Positions 37,248 to 53,959 of a stretch of 64,000 nucleotides of DNA are shown here, piece after piece (the stretch's first letter is position 1; every line of letters begins with the position of its first letter). The stretch is taken from NCBI RefSeq assembly GCF_006345805.1, contig NC_042998.1:184884001-184948000 (forward strand). Direction: 5' to 3'. This DNA comes from Octopus sinensis. Taxonomy: Eukaryota. A program made the translations under genes and the position numbers. The notes beneath the pieces are model-generated. The model ran no database searches. It was not told the origin of the DNA and saw nothing but the letters and a program-made list of their open reading frames with translations.

Positions 37248-37952
37248 TACTATAAGCATATACATACACACATACACACATAAATATATGCACACACATA
37301 CACATGCACATACTGTCACATGCAAATACGTACTTTTAAGCACATAATTAATTGCATAAATTTTGACAGAACCTACGAGACAAATTTCTGATGTTCTGCT
37401 TCAGTTTCATTAATATAATAGAAGAGGCTATTAATGAACAGATTGAGAGCACAAGAACAAAAAAACTGTTTCATACAATTCTTATTACATAATAACTGTC
37501 AAAGAACATATATTCCGCGTATAATTCGCGTTGTTACCTTTGTCTAAAATGTCTGTTATTGTTCTAACATTTCCAGATCATGAAAAGAATGCAATTGATA
37601 AAACAAAGATTTGACTCAAGGTACCATCGAAAAATATGATGAATAAGAATGAATAAAATTTTTTCAATTACAAATAAGTGTCGTTTTAAGCTACTTAAAG
37701 ATAATAATATATTACGCAAAAGAATGAAAGGATAATTCTTAAATATATCATGAATCAAGTAGAGCATAATTAATTGCTTTTAAAGACTACACATGTACAG
37801 GTGTTTTATAATACAGAGAAATATAGATGTTATTATATGTCTGCAACTTCATTACGAATAAATTACGAAACATTTTTATCTTTCATCCACCTGTTTCAGT
37901 CATTGAAATGTGGTCGTGCTGTAGCACCACCTTGCAATGTTTAATAATAATA

Positions 37953-38200
37953 AATGCGCCCTTTTAAAGCTTAGCCAGGCTCATGGGCCCAGTTTCCCGG
38001 TTTCTATGGCGTATGTATTCCCCAGCTGGATGGGACGCCAGTCCATCGCAACGTTACTCAATTTTGCCAGCTGAGTGGACTGGAGCAACGTGAAATGAAG
38101 TGTTTTGCTCAAGAACACAACGCATCGCCCGGTCCAGGAATCGAAACCACAATCTTACGATCATGATGCTGACACCCTAACCACTAAGCCACGCGCCTCC
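37953..38200 (-). mobile_element. tRNA-derived SINE family D, full length
   Basis: Head ggaggcgcgtggcttagtggttaggg..gtttcgattcc; body shared with 56276-56420. Confidence 0.85.
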
Positions 38201-38658
38201 ACCTTGCAGTGTTTAGTCAAACAAATCGATCCCAGGACCCGATTTTATTTTATAAAGCTTGGAACTTATTCTTTTGTCGAACTTTTAAGTGAGGTGGGGT
38301 GAATGCAAGCCAATTCTGGTGGTCAAGTGGTGGGATGGGAGAAACGCAAACACAAAGACAAACAGATACGGACGCACACAAACACACACATAGACGACGT
38401 CCGTCTCTCCATTTCTATCGACTGAATCCACTCACAAGGCTTTGTTCTACCTGAGGCTAAATAGAAGACAAGGTACCACGCAGTGGGACTGAATAGAGAA
38501 CTATGTAGTTGAGAAGCAAAAATCTTAACACAGGGCTACACAAGCGCCGCGTACAGAGCAAATATATATTAATATTATTATAGTATTGTAATAGTCAACC
38601 GCTATTTCACTACTTTGTATTTCATGGAAAAAACAATTTTTAAAGTAATAATCAAATA

Positions 38659-38807
38659 GGCGCAGGAGGAGCTGTGTGGTAAGTAGCTTGCTTACCAACC
38701 ACATGGTTCCGGGTTCAGTCCCACTGCGTGGCGCCTTGGGCAAGTGTCTTCTACTATAGTGTGAGTGGATTTGGTAGACGGAAACTGAAAGGAGACCGTC
38801 GTATGTA

Positions 38808-38853
<46 letters not shown>

Positions 38854-39100
38854 CATACGTATATATATATATGTGTGTGTGCGTGTGTGTGTGTATGTTT
38901 CTGTGTCTCTGTTTGTACCCCCAACATAGCTTGACAACCGATGGTGTGTGTTTACGTCCCCGTAACTTAGCGGTTCGGTAAAAGAGACCGATAGAATAAA
39001 TACTAGGCTTCCAAATAATAAGTCCTGGGGTAGATTTGCTCGACTAAAGCCTGTACTCCAGCATGGCCACAGTCAAATGACTGAAACAAGTAAAAAAAAT
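38659..39100 (+). mobile_element. SINE family B, near full length with internal (TA)/(TG) array
   Basis: Head ggcgcagga.., CORE-like ccttgggcaagt, tail ctccagcatggccacagtcaaatgactgaaacaag. Confidence 0.9.
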
Positions 39101-39540
39101 GGTATCTACGAAAAGATGCATTTTTTGTAGTGTAAAATGCTTCTTTAGTAATATTTCATATTAAAAATTACTTTTACTGGAATACTGAGTATGCCTTATA
39201 TGGTATAAGATTTAACGGACGGAACTTCAAAATCGCTACGAACCTTTTCTATCTTTTGTGTATGTGTGTGTCTGTTTTGAAGTTATATTTAAAAACAATT
39301 TAACATAAACAGAACAATTATTCAATACTTTTTTTTAAAAAATTAGAGTCGATATTTACTAATTATTACGTACAAAAGTTTGACTGCGAATTCAGAATTT
39401 CGACTTACTGGCTTTCATCTTGTAACAGCTTAATGAGGACTAGTAAGCGGAAACTTCGAAGTCACTTTCAATCTTCTTCTTGTAAATACACGCTGACACA
39501 CACGCGTACACACACACACATGCAGGTACGTACACACGCA

Positions 39541-39577
<37 letters not shown>

Positions 39578-39824
39578 TCACACTCGTCCACACATATACA
39601 TTGACATTATAAGAATTTAGGCGACACAACAACTTTTTCGTCTGCTCTCTCGCTTTCTCTCTCTGTCTCCCTCCCCCCCTCTCTCTTTAGATGGCATACA
39701 CAATTTTTCACCGTTGGATATCTTTAAGCAATAATTTTTAATACAAATTATTGAACAAATGTCTTTTATGAGAAAAAAACCCTCACTAATTTGTCTAATG
39801 GAGACTCAAATAATACAACTTTTA

Positions 39825-40270
39825 GGCGTTGGAGTGGCTGTGTGGTAAGTAACTTGCTTACCAACCACATGGTTGCGGGTACAGTCCCACTGCGTGGCAC
39901 CTTGGGCGAGTGTTTTCTACCATAGCCTCGGGCCGACCAAAGCCTTGTGAGTGGATTTGGTAGACGGAAACTGAAAGAAACCCATCGCATATATATATAT
40001 ATATATATAGATATATATATATATATATGTATGTATGTATGTGCGTGTATATGTCTGTGTCTGTGTTTGTCCCCCCAACATCTCTTGACAACCGATGCTG
40101 GTGTGTTTACGTCCCCGTAACGTAGCGGTTCGGCAAAAGAGCCCGATCGAATAAGTATTAGGCTTACAAAGAATAAGTCCTGGGGTCGATTTGCTCGACT
40201 AAAGGCAGTGCTCCAGCATGGCCACAAGTCACATGACTTCAAGAAGTAAAAAGTGAAAAGTAAAAAAGTA
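39825..40270 (+). mobile_element. SINE family B, full length
   Basis: Same modules as the 38659 copy. Confidence 0.9.
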
Positions 40271-40859
40271 AGTAAAGTAATAAAAAAAGAGTATAAAAAC
40301 TATTTCGCAAAACACACCATCTCGAATTAATCTACAGATTTTGACTTAACCCGGACTTGAAGGGATTTAGTTAACAAATTCCAGCCAAAATGAGAACCGC
40401 TATATAGTCGCTCGATGTGCTAGAATTCGCCGTCAAATTTCCTTCAAATCAGAAACTATCGATTTTTGAAAAGAATTTAGACTAATTAACCAATACATTA
40501 CTAAATATACAATATGATAAGATGATCAGGGCTGGCATGTCTTTGATCATTGGTATATCCGATCTGTGCTGACATGGGGCGAAATAATAACAGAAACAAC
40601 TAAAGTCTAATAAGCAGGAAGAAACTTTTAATAATATGAAAATATAAATTAATGAGTGAGATTTTCTGTAAGGTAATAACAACAGCTTAAGAGAAAAAAT
40701 GTAGATATGCACAGATATGTGTGTGTGCGTATGTGTGATCGCGTGTGAATACGTATGTATGTGTGTGTGTATGTATGTATGTATGTATGTATGTATGTAT
40801 GTATGTATGTATGTATGTATGTATGTATGTATGTATGCATGTGTGTGTATGTATGTATC

Positions 40860-40897
<38 letters not shown>

Positions 40898-41648
40898 GTG
40901 TGTGTGTGTGTACGTGCGTGTGTGTGTGTGCGTCTGAATTTATAATATATATATAAACTACATTAATAGCGTTTTAGAAATTTGGCATATATTTAATTAA
41001 ACACGTTTATGTGTATGTATGTATGTATGTATGTATGTATATGTTTGAGTGTATGTATGTGTTTGTATGTGCGCATGTGTGCTTTATGTGTCGTAATGTT
41101 TGCGTGTGTAATTTCGAGTGAGCGTATGTTTATGTGTGTATGTGTGTATGTGTGTATGCGTGTGTGTGTGGTGGGGAGTATTCGTGTATGGTAAATATCT
41201 GACTTGAATATAAGTATCGCCATCAGCCATCAACAATGGTAATTAGCTAAGCAAAAAGCGATGATCATTTACACTATATTCATAATTAATTAGCACAACT
41301 TGGAATTCTATTATGAAAACTATTTCAGGATACCGAAATTAATAATTAATACAGGAAATTAAACAAACTTTAGAAAACAAATCTACAGAGAAGTTCATTT
41401 CGAGAACACTGATTCGGCAATATATTAAAGTTTAAAAACAATTTATTTATTAAGCATGCCTCTACATAAAGCAAACGAACATAATTTATATTAATTTTCA
41501 TTTCGGATTTTGTTCAAGATTATTATTATTTTAATGACCTAGCCAAATAAATTAATCTATTGCAACTAATTTAATTCCTCATAACTTAAAATTTCACTTC
41601 ATTAGATATCTTCATTTCGTCTTTGGCTTCATGACTGGTGCATATGTA

Positions 41649-41694
<46 letters not shown>

Positions 41695-42544
41695 AGTGTG
41701 TGTGTGTGTGTATACACATATATATGTATGTATACATGTATATATGCATATATATATGTATATATGTATATATACATCATACACATATACATATATAAAT
41801 ATGTATATTATATATATATATATGTACATATACATATATATACATACATACACACATACACACACACACAAATATATATATGTATATGCATAGATACATG
41901 GGTATGATCATACATACAAACATACATACATACATACTTGCATACAAACACATACATATACAAATATATTCTCACACACACACACACATTTCCATTTAAT
42001 TGTTTTTGGTTGTATTGTTATACCCGCCGTTAATTTTGAACCTGTGTATATACATATGAGTGAGTGTGTGTGTGTGAGCGTGCGTGTTACAAATATCAGT
42101 GTATACCTACATATACTCATATGCACATATATGTTTGTACAGGTGCATGTAGACATATAGGTGTGTGTGTCTGTGTGCTTGCAGGTATATATCTGTGTGA
42201 TAAGTGTATATGTGCGTATGTGCGTGCGTATATCTGCGTAGTGTTTATGGGTACACACGAGTGGGTGTGAAAATATGAATGATAGAAAAAGAGAATATTT
42301 TTGTATCACAGAAATAAGATGTGTACATGATCAACATATACTGAAGAAAAATACATTACCAAGAGATATATTGAATAGAAAATCTATATTATTACAATAT
42401 TACTTATAAACGTTGCACATTTGGTGTATCACATTGTATGAAGACATGCATCAATAGCTTCCATAAAGTAATTTTTAAGGCACAATAACAGAGTAAAGCT
42501 GCTCTGAACATTCCTAGTCGTCCAATTTATATATAATATATAAT

Positions 42545-42825
42545 GAAATTATTGTATACAGTGCTCAGGTGCACCACAACTTGTCAAAAGTGCGTATAAA
42601 GCACATGCAGTAATGTACAAATGTCTGGAAAGGGAACAGTGAATGAATCAGATACATGCTTGCGTGTGTATGGAGGGGAGAAAATCGGGTGTAGTGTTGG
42701 CAAATCTCAGGAAGCATGGAAGTTTTGAAGGATGCAGTGCTCCGACAACTAACAACTGATGCCGGCAGTTTGTTCCATACTTCAGCAACTCCTAGCGTGA
42801 AAAAATGTTTCCGAAAGTCATGACA
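42545..42825 (-). pseudogene. CR1/L2-group LINE 3' end
   Basis: HDFRKHFFTLGVAEVWNKLPASVVSCRSTASFK fits the F..R....WN.LP..VV C-terminal motif. Confidence 0.8.
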
Positions 42826-42939
42826 GGTGGAGTTTGAAAAGGTGCTCAGAGTTATTTTAACTCTTTAGAGAAAAAGCTCTGCTATATTCTTTCGTATAAG
42901 TTTCTTTCGTTTATCACTGAGAATGAAAATGTGATATTG

Positions 42940-43200
42940 CGTTGAGGCAAAAGTTTTCGAATATTTTGTTACGTTATTTTCTTTATTCGTCAAGTTACAT
43001 CAAAAGCAACCTAGCATTCAGTGTAGAGGCCATCGTATTGCACCATCTGAAGCTGTCCTTCTGTTAGTTCTTTGATCCCGCGCTGATACCAGTTCTTTCA
43101 TGTCCGAGAGGAGATGGAAACTTCAGGGAAGAAGTTCTTCGAGTTGAAGAATTACAACGAAGCTGCTACCTCCTCTTAGTTGAAGTGTTACAAGAACAAG
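42940..43200 (-). pseudogene. Mariner transposase C-terminal relic
   Basis: KNWYQRGIKELTEGQLQMVQYDGLYTEC* resembles the mariner ..Y..GI..L..RW..V...G.Y end. Confidence 0.75.
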
Positions 43201-43446
43201 TCGTGAGCCTTTTTTCATACATATGATGATTAGAAGATAAAAAATCGAACGAATTTTTCTAATAACCCAATACTAAAGCTGTTAAAAATTGCGTCCATTA
43301 TCCTAGTTGCAAATACTGCAACTAAAAAGGGGCATATCCTTTTCTGTTATGACAGTTATAGACTGCCTACGCTGTATAGATATTGGAACGTCCCGAGTAA
43401 AAGCATTACTAGATTTGTATTGTGGGCACATATTCATGTATCATAT

Positions 43447-43843
43447 ACTAGCAGTATCGCCCGGCGTTGGTCGGGCTTGTTTCGACCCTTTAGAATTGAA
43501 ATTTTTGAAAAGTTAACGTTTTACATTATTAGCTTGTTATTCTCTTTAAGTGAACATTTTTCTGGTTGAAATACACCGAAAAATGGCGATACAGCAGTCA
43601 AAAGATCGTAAAAAATAGGATTTTCATGGCAAAAAAAGCACCTTTTTGATGTAAATAATTTTTGGTGTTAACATGGTCCGATTTGAATTTTTTCTTCTAC
43701 GGAAGGAAAAGCAAGCCTTCTTCTATCATACTCTCAATTTTGGTCAACTTGCGCCGCAGGGTCTCGGAGGAGATAGTGTTAGTTGAAGGCTACCAAACCT
43801 GCCATACACAGACAACTTCAACTTTATATATAGAGAGATAGAG
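43447..43843 (+). mobile_element. Helitron-type non-autonomous element (Lep1-like architecture)
   Basis: Starts actagcagtatcgcccggcgttggtcgggc (hairpin) and ends acagacaacttcaactttatatatagag; a similar 3' end occurs at 56085-56130. Confidence 0.55.
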
Positions 43844-43864
43844 ATTGATGTCAAATTTCGCACA

Positions 43865-44150
43865 CATCCAGCAATTTCGGGGCAGAGGTAAGTCGATTAT
43901 ATCGATCCCAGTACTCAACTAGTAACAAGCCATAAAATGGTAAGATAATCTCACTTCATAAAATTGGTTCCAGATTTTGGCACAGGGGAGGGGATAAGTC
44001 GATTACATCGTCGTCAGTGCTCAACTAGTACTTATTTTAAGTACTAGTTGAGCAAAGTCAACCTCCGCAGAATCTGAACTCAGAACACGAAGACGGACGA
44101 AATGCTACTAAACATTTTGTCCAAATTGCTAACGACTCTGACAGTTCGAC
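43865..44150 (-). mobile_element. SINE family A fragments (two, decayed)
   Basis: gtcgattatatcgatcccagtactcaactagta and gtcaacctccgcagaatctgaactcagaa. Confidence 0.7.
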
Positions 44151-45161
44151 ACCTTTCATGTATCATATATTAATTTTGAATACTGCTTGAATACATTTTC
44201 AAGTTACAATTGTTCAGTTTGTGATTTGATCTGAGATCATTTATGGAATATGGAAGCTTCAACTAGGCGACAATATTTTTTTTATGTGTTTTTCTCAAGA
44301 TAGACTCGTTTTTGTCATTGATGTGAGAGAGGAAATTCTTATGAAGCCACAATTAAATATATTGTCTAAAGTTCACGATTTCTGGAAAGAGTATATCGGA
44401 GGGTCACAGTTGGAACGTAGTCGATCTTAGGCCAGTATGATACAACAAAACAACAATAGTCATATATTTCTGAAATGACCCTCACCGTCTTTAAAGAAAA
44501 AAACAAAAAAAACAGAGGTGATCAGATATTAGTTGAAACCCCTAAAAAGACAGAATGCTCATGTCTGGAACAGCTTTGATCATAGGCTGCTCTACCAGGA
44601 CTAACGTAAAAAACAAAACAAAAAAAAGACAGACAAAAAACAACATCAATACCAACAACAAAAGCAATAACAACAACTGTTCTCCACGTCTTAATACTAC
44701 TTTAATTTCTGAATCTACATGACTTTGAAGTGTGTCTATAAGAATGTGTGTGTATAAGATGAGACTAGATCGATGTGTATAGATGCATGTGTTGCTATTA
44801 CGAATGTTTGTATACTGTATTTGTGTACGCGTGTATGTGTATGTTTGGTTCATTGTGTGTGTGTGTGTGTGATTCAGATATATATATAATAAAGGTTTAA
44901 AGTTAGGACCTTGTATACATGTTTATGTAGTTTTTGCTTGTTTGTTTACCAGGATGGTTGTTATATTTATGCTTCTGTGTATTATATTTATATGCACACA
45001 CACACATGTACATATTTATATTTGTGTATGTATGTGTACGTAACTATATATGTATATATATATATATATACATTGATGTGTGTGTACATATATATATATA
45101 TATATATACATATATGTATTTATGTATATTATATATATATATATACATAAATACATATATG

Positions 45162-45206
<45 letters not shown>

Positions 45207-45445
45207 TACATATATGTATATATGTATATATATACAAAGATAGATAGAGACACAGACAAACAGATATAGATATGTATGTACATATATATATATATATATA
45301 TTGGTAAATGTTAGAAAACATGTTTATAACCATATGTCTGGACGCATATATATAAATACATTCGTACACATACACACATATATATACATATATGTTTACG
45401 TGTATATATATACACACACATATGCGCGCACGCACACATGTAGGC

Positions 45446-45479
<34 letters not shown>

Positions 45480-45481
45480 GT

Positions 45482-45512
<31 letters not shown>

Positions 45513-45983
45513 AGAACGTATGTGTGTGGGTGCGTGTGTGTGTGGGTGCGTGTGTGTGTGTACATGTATGTAACACATTGCAACTTAGAATCTAAACAAT
45601 TTATTCAATATTTTAATGTTATTCAAATCGATTGCAACAAACCTAAATCGAACGTGAAATAAATTTCGTCTCCCCGGAACATTCAGATCTTGTCATCCAT
45701 AATATTTCAGTGTGTTTGTCCTATAAGCGTAGACGGATTTTCATATTCGTCTATTTATTTGTGTTTTTTTTTTTTGGAATATTTTTTTCTTCCTTTTCTC
45801 GCTTCTTCAGACAAATTCATATTCCGTATTCTTGAAATGTAAAGTAAAAGTATTTCTCTGCTAGCTTTACTTATGCTTACAGACCCATTCGCATTCATAA
45901 CTACCTACTTTGAATTTTTGTACATACGTATCGCTTTCTTTCTCTCTTCGTCTCTCTCTCTCTCTCTCGTTATATATATATAA

Positions 45984-46021
<38 letters not shown>

Positions 46022-46413
46022 ATATATATATATATATATAATACATATATATACATATAGACATATACATGTATACATATATTATAATAGCATACATATA
46101 TATATATATGCATATACAGCTATACAATATATATATATATGCATATATATATATATTATATATATATATTATATTATATATATAATAATATATATATATA
46201 TATATGTATTTGTATATATTTGTATGGTGTTTATTTATATGATATTGTACATATATACATATGTTATGTATATTGCATTTTTTATATAGAATTTATGTAT
46301 AAAACAATCTCTAGATATATGTATCATATATTATATACTCACATATATATATATATATATATATATATCGTATAATACACATATATGTGATAGATAGACG
46401 GTAGATGGAGATT

Positions 46414-46500
<87 letters not shown>

Positions 46501-47068
46501 CAGAGCCATTATTATAGAACGAGACAGAGCAGGAAGAGAAAATAATCCCTGTCACATATGAAATTATGGTTTCTAATTTAGGAGCAAAGCCTTGTCAATA
46601 CCATAGACCCAAGTATTTGACTGGTACTTTACTTTATCAATTTCTGAAGAACGAGCGACAAAGTGGTCCTTGACGGGCCTGAGAGCGAAAAATACTCTAC
46701 GGCATTTCTTCGAAATTGGCACTGGTTGTGTCAGCGTGCCACTTATCACATATTAAATGATAATATTAAGAAATGATGAAATAGGATGTCCTGTGGCATT
46801 TTATTTAAAAATTGCAGTATTTAGTTACGTCTTACTGAGGTGAACGTCCCTTCCTGGTGTATTGATTTACATCCTCCTCTAGATCGTTTTAATCTTGTCT
46901 ATGTGCGCATATAGATTTATTTCTTTTATGTGCTTCAGCTCAAAGGCTAAGGCCATGCTGGAACACACACACATTAATTCATAATAGAATATAAGGATAA
47001 AAATCACGTTAATGATTTTTATCATGTAGTCAGCATGCTATATAACGTATTAATTTAATGTATTAATT

Positions 47069-47101
<33 letters not shown>

Positions 47102-47107
47102 TAGACA

Positions 47108-47212
47108 TTTTTGCGTAATAAGATAAAAAAGCCAAGGCTGTGTAGATATTAGAGCATTTATAAATGCTTTAATATTTACACAGCCTTGGTTTTTTATCTT
47201 ATTACGCAAAAA
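47108..47212. repeat. 105-bp zero-spacer near-perfect palindrome
   Basis: Arms 47108-47160 and 47161-47212 differ by two A/G substitutions and one extra G. Confidence 0.9.
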
Positions 47213-47384
47213 ATTCTTATATACACAGGCTGACATAGAACCAAGGTTGAACCCCTTATTTGCAAAATTACCGAATCTGGAACTTAATTATGGTCTTTCT
47301 ATAGCACTTATTCAGCATTACCTGACACCTTTGTGTTTCAATGACACCATTATCTCTTATATATATATATATATGTATGTGTGT

Positions 47385-47605
47385 GTAGATGTTTGTGTGT
47401 CTGTGTTTGTCCCTCTAGCATTGCTTGACAACCGATGCTGGTGTGTTTACGTCCCCGTCACTTAGCGGTTCGGCAAAAGAGACCGATAGAATAAGTACTG
47501 GGATTACAAAGAATAAGTCCCGGGGTCGATTTGCTCGACTAAAGGTGGTGCTCCAGCATACTCGCAGTCAAATGACTGAAACAAGTAAAAGGGTAAAAGA
47601 GTAAA
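47385..47605 (+). mobile_element. SINE family B, 3' half
   Basis: tttgtccctctagcattgcttgacaaccgatgctgg...gactgaaacaagtaaaag. Confidence 0.85.
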
Positions 47606-47692
47606 AGATATATATATATATATATATACCCCCGCATGTATAAATACCTATGTATATATGTTTGTAATGTACGCATGTAATATCAGTGCATG

Positions 47693-48370
47693 AATACATT
47701 TAAACGTACAGGAAATATCAACCAAGTATCTGATGCACAAAAGGGATAGAGATGCGGGAAAAACAGTAAAATGTGACAACCGATGCAGACTTTGTGTAAT
47801 TCACACTGAAGATATCACCCACATCATAAACAGTCGTCCGAAAATGTCATCACGCTATTATCTACCGATCACACATGACGTTGCAGCTAGGACATTCTAT
47901 AACGAAATCCGTCGGACGGGTAATCCTGAGGACAAGAAATAAAATCCCACAATATGGTAGAAGCCATAGCCACTCATAATGAAAAGGAATAGTGTTGGAA
48001 TGTACCAGTGAAGACCTCAATAAAATTTAAGCACAACAGACCTGATATAATGATATGGGATAGAGAAGCGAAACTGTGCACAATTGTGGAAATTAGTTCC
48101 CCAGCGTTTGTTAACATAAAGCTGAAGATCAGGGAAAAAGAGAACGTTTATGCTGAACTATTCAGAAATCTACAGTTACTCTATCCAGATTACAATCTCA
48201 GGTTTATAACTGTAATTATTGGGACCCTGTGATATGTAACATACTGCCTAAATACCAATGTTGAGGCTTCTCAAAATCAGAAGGAGAAAGCTAATTCGAT
48301 GACTACAGATATAATCCATCACTGGAACTGTAAAAATCTGTAAAACTTTCCAGAAGTTTGTCATTTAAAT
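47693..48370 (+). pseudogene. R4/Dong-type LINE relic: CCHC knuckle plus restriction-like endonuclease
   Basis: CRLCVIHTEDITHII..(C) and THD, then RPDIMIWDREAKLCTIVEISSP..KIREKE (PD..D/E-x-K REL motif); contains stops and frameshifts. Confidence 0.88.
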
Positions 48371-48700
48371 ATATATGAGTATGTCTAGATATGTATCTAT
48401 ATGCATCAGAATACATTAATAAAACATACAAATCTGCACATACATACATACATACATACATACATACATACATACATACATACATACATACATACATACA
48501 TGTATTCATACATACGTACATACATACAAAGATACCCTGTTGTTAATGTTAAAATTCCAACGAAGGAACATTGGATCTAGGTTAGAAACCGGTTCTTTCT
48601 GTATTGGTAAGAAATCTTTGAAATCTGTTGAAATAAACAGAATACTGACGTACACACACTCACACACACACACATATATATGTATGTATGCATGTATTTA

Positions 48701-48758
<58 letters not shown>

Positions 48759-48973
48759 CCAAGATAAATATTTAAACCACCTGATGAATGACTGCGACTC
48801 AAAAATTTGAAGAAGTTAGCAGGCATGAAACGATCGTAGTGTGATATTAATTATATTTTTTTAATAATTTTGTTATATATTTAAATAATATAAATTAAAT
48901 AATCTTATGTATTGGCTTAAGTTTTTCATTGTTTGATTTGCCTAATAGTGGTTTTGTCTCTAATTTAATATAA

Positions 48974-50685
<1,712 letters not shown>

Positions 50686-50708
50686 ATACTACAGTTGCAT
50701 TACAGACT

Positions 50709-50748
<40 letters not shown>

Positions 50749-50784
50749 ATATATTTTTTATTTATATAAGTATATATATCTGTA

Positions 50785-50873
<89 letters not shown>

Positions 50874-51056
50874 ATATTATATACATATGGTCCCATTAAG
50901 CATTAGTGAAATGAAATGTTTCTTAACATAACTACACCATGCAGAGTTTACATATGATTCTTCGATATATACCGCAGTTTCAAACAATACATATTTTGTA
51001 AATAGACACTTGGACTTGTAGTTATGTAAGAAGAATCTTCATTTGCACAATTAAAG

Positions 51057-51478
51057 CAGTGCTCCGCAACTTTTTTCACTTGCGGTACACTTATATTCTT
51101 TTCAAAATTCGGCGGTACACCTGAACTGGAAATATAACTAAAAGTATAGGGGGAAAAAATTATATTCAGATTACACTGCAGCATACCTATTTCTTTATTA
51201 CCCACATGGGGCTAAACACAGAGGGGACAAACAAGGACAGACATAGGTATTAAGTCGATTACATCGACCCCAGTGCGTAACTGGTACTTAATTTATCGAC
51301 CCCGAAAGGATGAAAGGCAAAGTCGACCTCGGCGGAATTTGAACTCAGAACGTAACACAGACGAAATACCGCTAAGCATTTCGCCCGGCGTGCTAACGTT
51401 TCTGCCAGCTCGCCGCATACCTACCATCATCTCGTGGCACACCAGTGTGTGCTGTGGCATACCAGTTGTGGTGCACTG
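51057..51478. mobile_element. hAT-type MITE carrying a SINE insertion
   Basis: Ends cagtgctccgca / tgtggtgcactg; flanks aattaaag / tattagag (6/8 match). Confidence 0.65.
51190..51414 (-). mobile_element. SINE family A monomer with 9-bp TSD
   Basis: gcataccta at 51181-51189 and 51415-51423. Confidence 0.9.
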
Positions 51479-51814
51479 TATTAGAGTATGATGCTGATAA
51501 AATTTATTTAAAACTGCTTTGTTAGGGTTTCTATTATGGCCGAAATCTGTATGAAAGAGCCCTGGTCAGTTTAGCCGTTTTGTCACAGATTACAATAGTG
51601 AGCGATTTAATTTTGTGGTATCAGTTTAGCAGTCAATTTATTTCGGTATGTTTATGTACTTTTAGATTTTTTTTTAGATGCATTCTTAACTGCTTCCAGT
51701 TCACACTAAAATGTTTTGGCCTGTTTTAATTTTTCCCCTACTTTACTGAGTACTCTCTTTTTTAATTACAGAAATATAACAAAAGCTGCGTAAAACTGAG
51801 GTTTTACAAGATAT

Positions 51815-52215
51815 ATTCGTGTGGTAAGTAGCTTGCTTACCAACCACATGGTTCCGGGTTCAGTCCCACTGCGTGGCATCTTGGGCAGGTGTCTTCTGCT
51901 ATAGCCCCCAATGCCTTGTGAGTGGATTTGGTAGACGGAAACTGAAAGAAGCCTGTCGCATATATGTATATATATGTATATATATGTATGTGTGTGTGTT
52001 TGTGTGTCTGTGTTTGTTCCCCTAGCATTGCTTGACAAACGATGCTGGTGTGTTTACGTCCCCGTCACTTAGCGGTTCGGCAAAAAGAGACCGATAGAAT
52101 AAGTACTGGGCTTACAAAAAGAATAAGTCCCGGGGTCGAGTTGCTCGACTAAAGGCGGTGCTCCAGCATGGCCGCAGTCAAATGACTGAAACAAGTAAAA
52201 GAGTAAAAGAGTAAG
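51815..52215 (+). mobile_element. SINE family B
   Basis: gtgtggtaagtagcttgcttaccaaccacatgg...gactgaaacaagtaaaagagtaaaag. Confidence 0.9.
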
Positions 52216-52544
52216 AGTTATAAAGGTTTCACATATATGTATTCACAATTACGCATTCATTGATTACTTTCATGTATTTATTTTTTCTTCCTGTAAAAAC
52301 TAACGCTTCAATAGCTTGTTGTATTCTGTCTAAATTGAAGCGTGTATGTTTACATTATCTCAAATTTGTTTATGTATTTCACTTTATCATTTAATTTAGA
52401 GAATATATTTTGCCTTCTTTACTTAGGTTACTTTGTAATATGATGTACATATTTCTGTTATAATTCATCCATATTTAACTTCGTAGCAAACAATAAAATC
52501 GTAAGAAAATCACTCTTCCTAATATTAGTCTTAGATCTTGGCAC

Positions 52545-52890
52545 AAGGCCAGAAATTTCGGGGGAAGAGATAAGTCAGCTATATTGTCCCCCATGCTCAA
52601 CTGGTACGTATTTTATTGACCCCGAAAGGACGAAAGGTAAAGTCGACCTCGGCAGAATTTGAACTCAGAACGTAAAGACAGACGAACTACCACTAAGCAT
52701 TTAGCCCGGCGCGGAAACGATTCTGCCAGCTTGCCGCCTTAATCTTTCTTCATAATATTATTGGTTTCACATTTTGGCACAAGGCCAGGAATTTTGGTGC
52801 GAGACTAAGTCGATTACAACGTCCCCAATATTCAATTGGTCTTTATTTTACCCCGAAAGGACGAAAGGCAAAGTCGGCCTCGGCGGAAAC
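52545..52890 (-). mobile_element. SINE family A, two adjacent copies
   Basis: cccgaaaggacgaaagg(t/c)aaagtcg(a/g)cctcggc occurs twice. Confidence 0.8.
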
Positions 52891-53769
52891 TTAATATTAT
52901 TAACACCCTCTTGTCCTTGTTTAGTGAATATCGTTATTTACAATTATTTTTTTTTCTTCTGTCTTCATTCCAGTTTATACTCAATAATTTCCAAGTTAAA
53001 AATATTCTCATGACTTCATAAGTTTCGCATAATCTCGCTTAGCTTGCAATTTTAAAATTTCATATTTTTGCTTGAATTAGATACTACAGCGTATAAATGA
53101 ACTTACTTCACTTACCGTCACATACTTGTAAATTCTTTAACAGTTAAATTCAACTTCAAACCCATTAAAGTATTTGAAACTCTTAAATTTATAAATTCTT
53201 TAATGTTAGGTACCTACCAAAGCTTTCAGCCAAAAGCAGTCTTGCTTTCTAAAATTTAAATATATAGCTGACCTATTTATTGTTAGCCTTTATCCAAATA
53301 TTGAATATAACTGCCTTATTTTCAAAATTTCCTCCATTCTTACAACTACTCTTCTCATTGTCGCCCCTCTTTTTTTTATTATTTCCTTCCGTCCTCCTTA
53401 ATTAACTTCTTTCTAATATACATATTGGCACTTCGATAATAAATGTTTTCCATTAGTTCTGAACAATTCACCAATGCATGAAACAACTTTTTTAAAACTT
53501 CTAAAAAAAAATATTTGAATAAACATCAAAGTCTCTGCTTTTGAAGTATTAGGCTATTATTTAGTTTTGACAACCTTTATTCCCACAAAGAATTATATTT
53601 ATGCATACATTCACGTGTATTGTGTGTTTGTGTGTGAATATATATGTATGTATGTATTTCATTTTGCATTATTACGGGTTTAAGATTTTTATACGCATAT
53701 AAGCGTGTATGTATAGGCGATATATATATTATATATATGTATGTATGTATCTATGTATATATATATATG

Positions 53770-53817
<48 letters not shown>

Positions 53818-53824
53818 TTGTGTT

Positions 53825-53855
<31 letters not shown>

Positions 53856-53959
53856 ATGTGTGTGTGTGTATTACTCGACAGTAATTTACAAAAGTGACTC
53901 TCATGCCAATATTTCCGATTTAAAAGTACATATAAACTCATGTATAGAGTTCTATTTCT

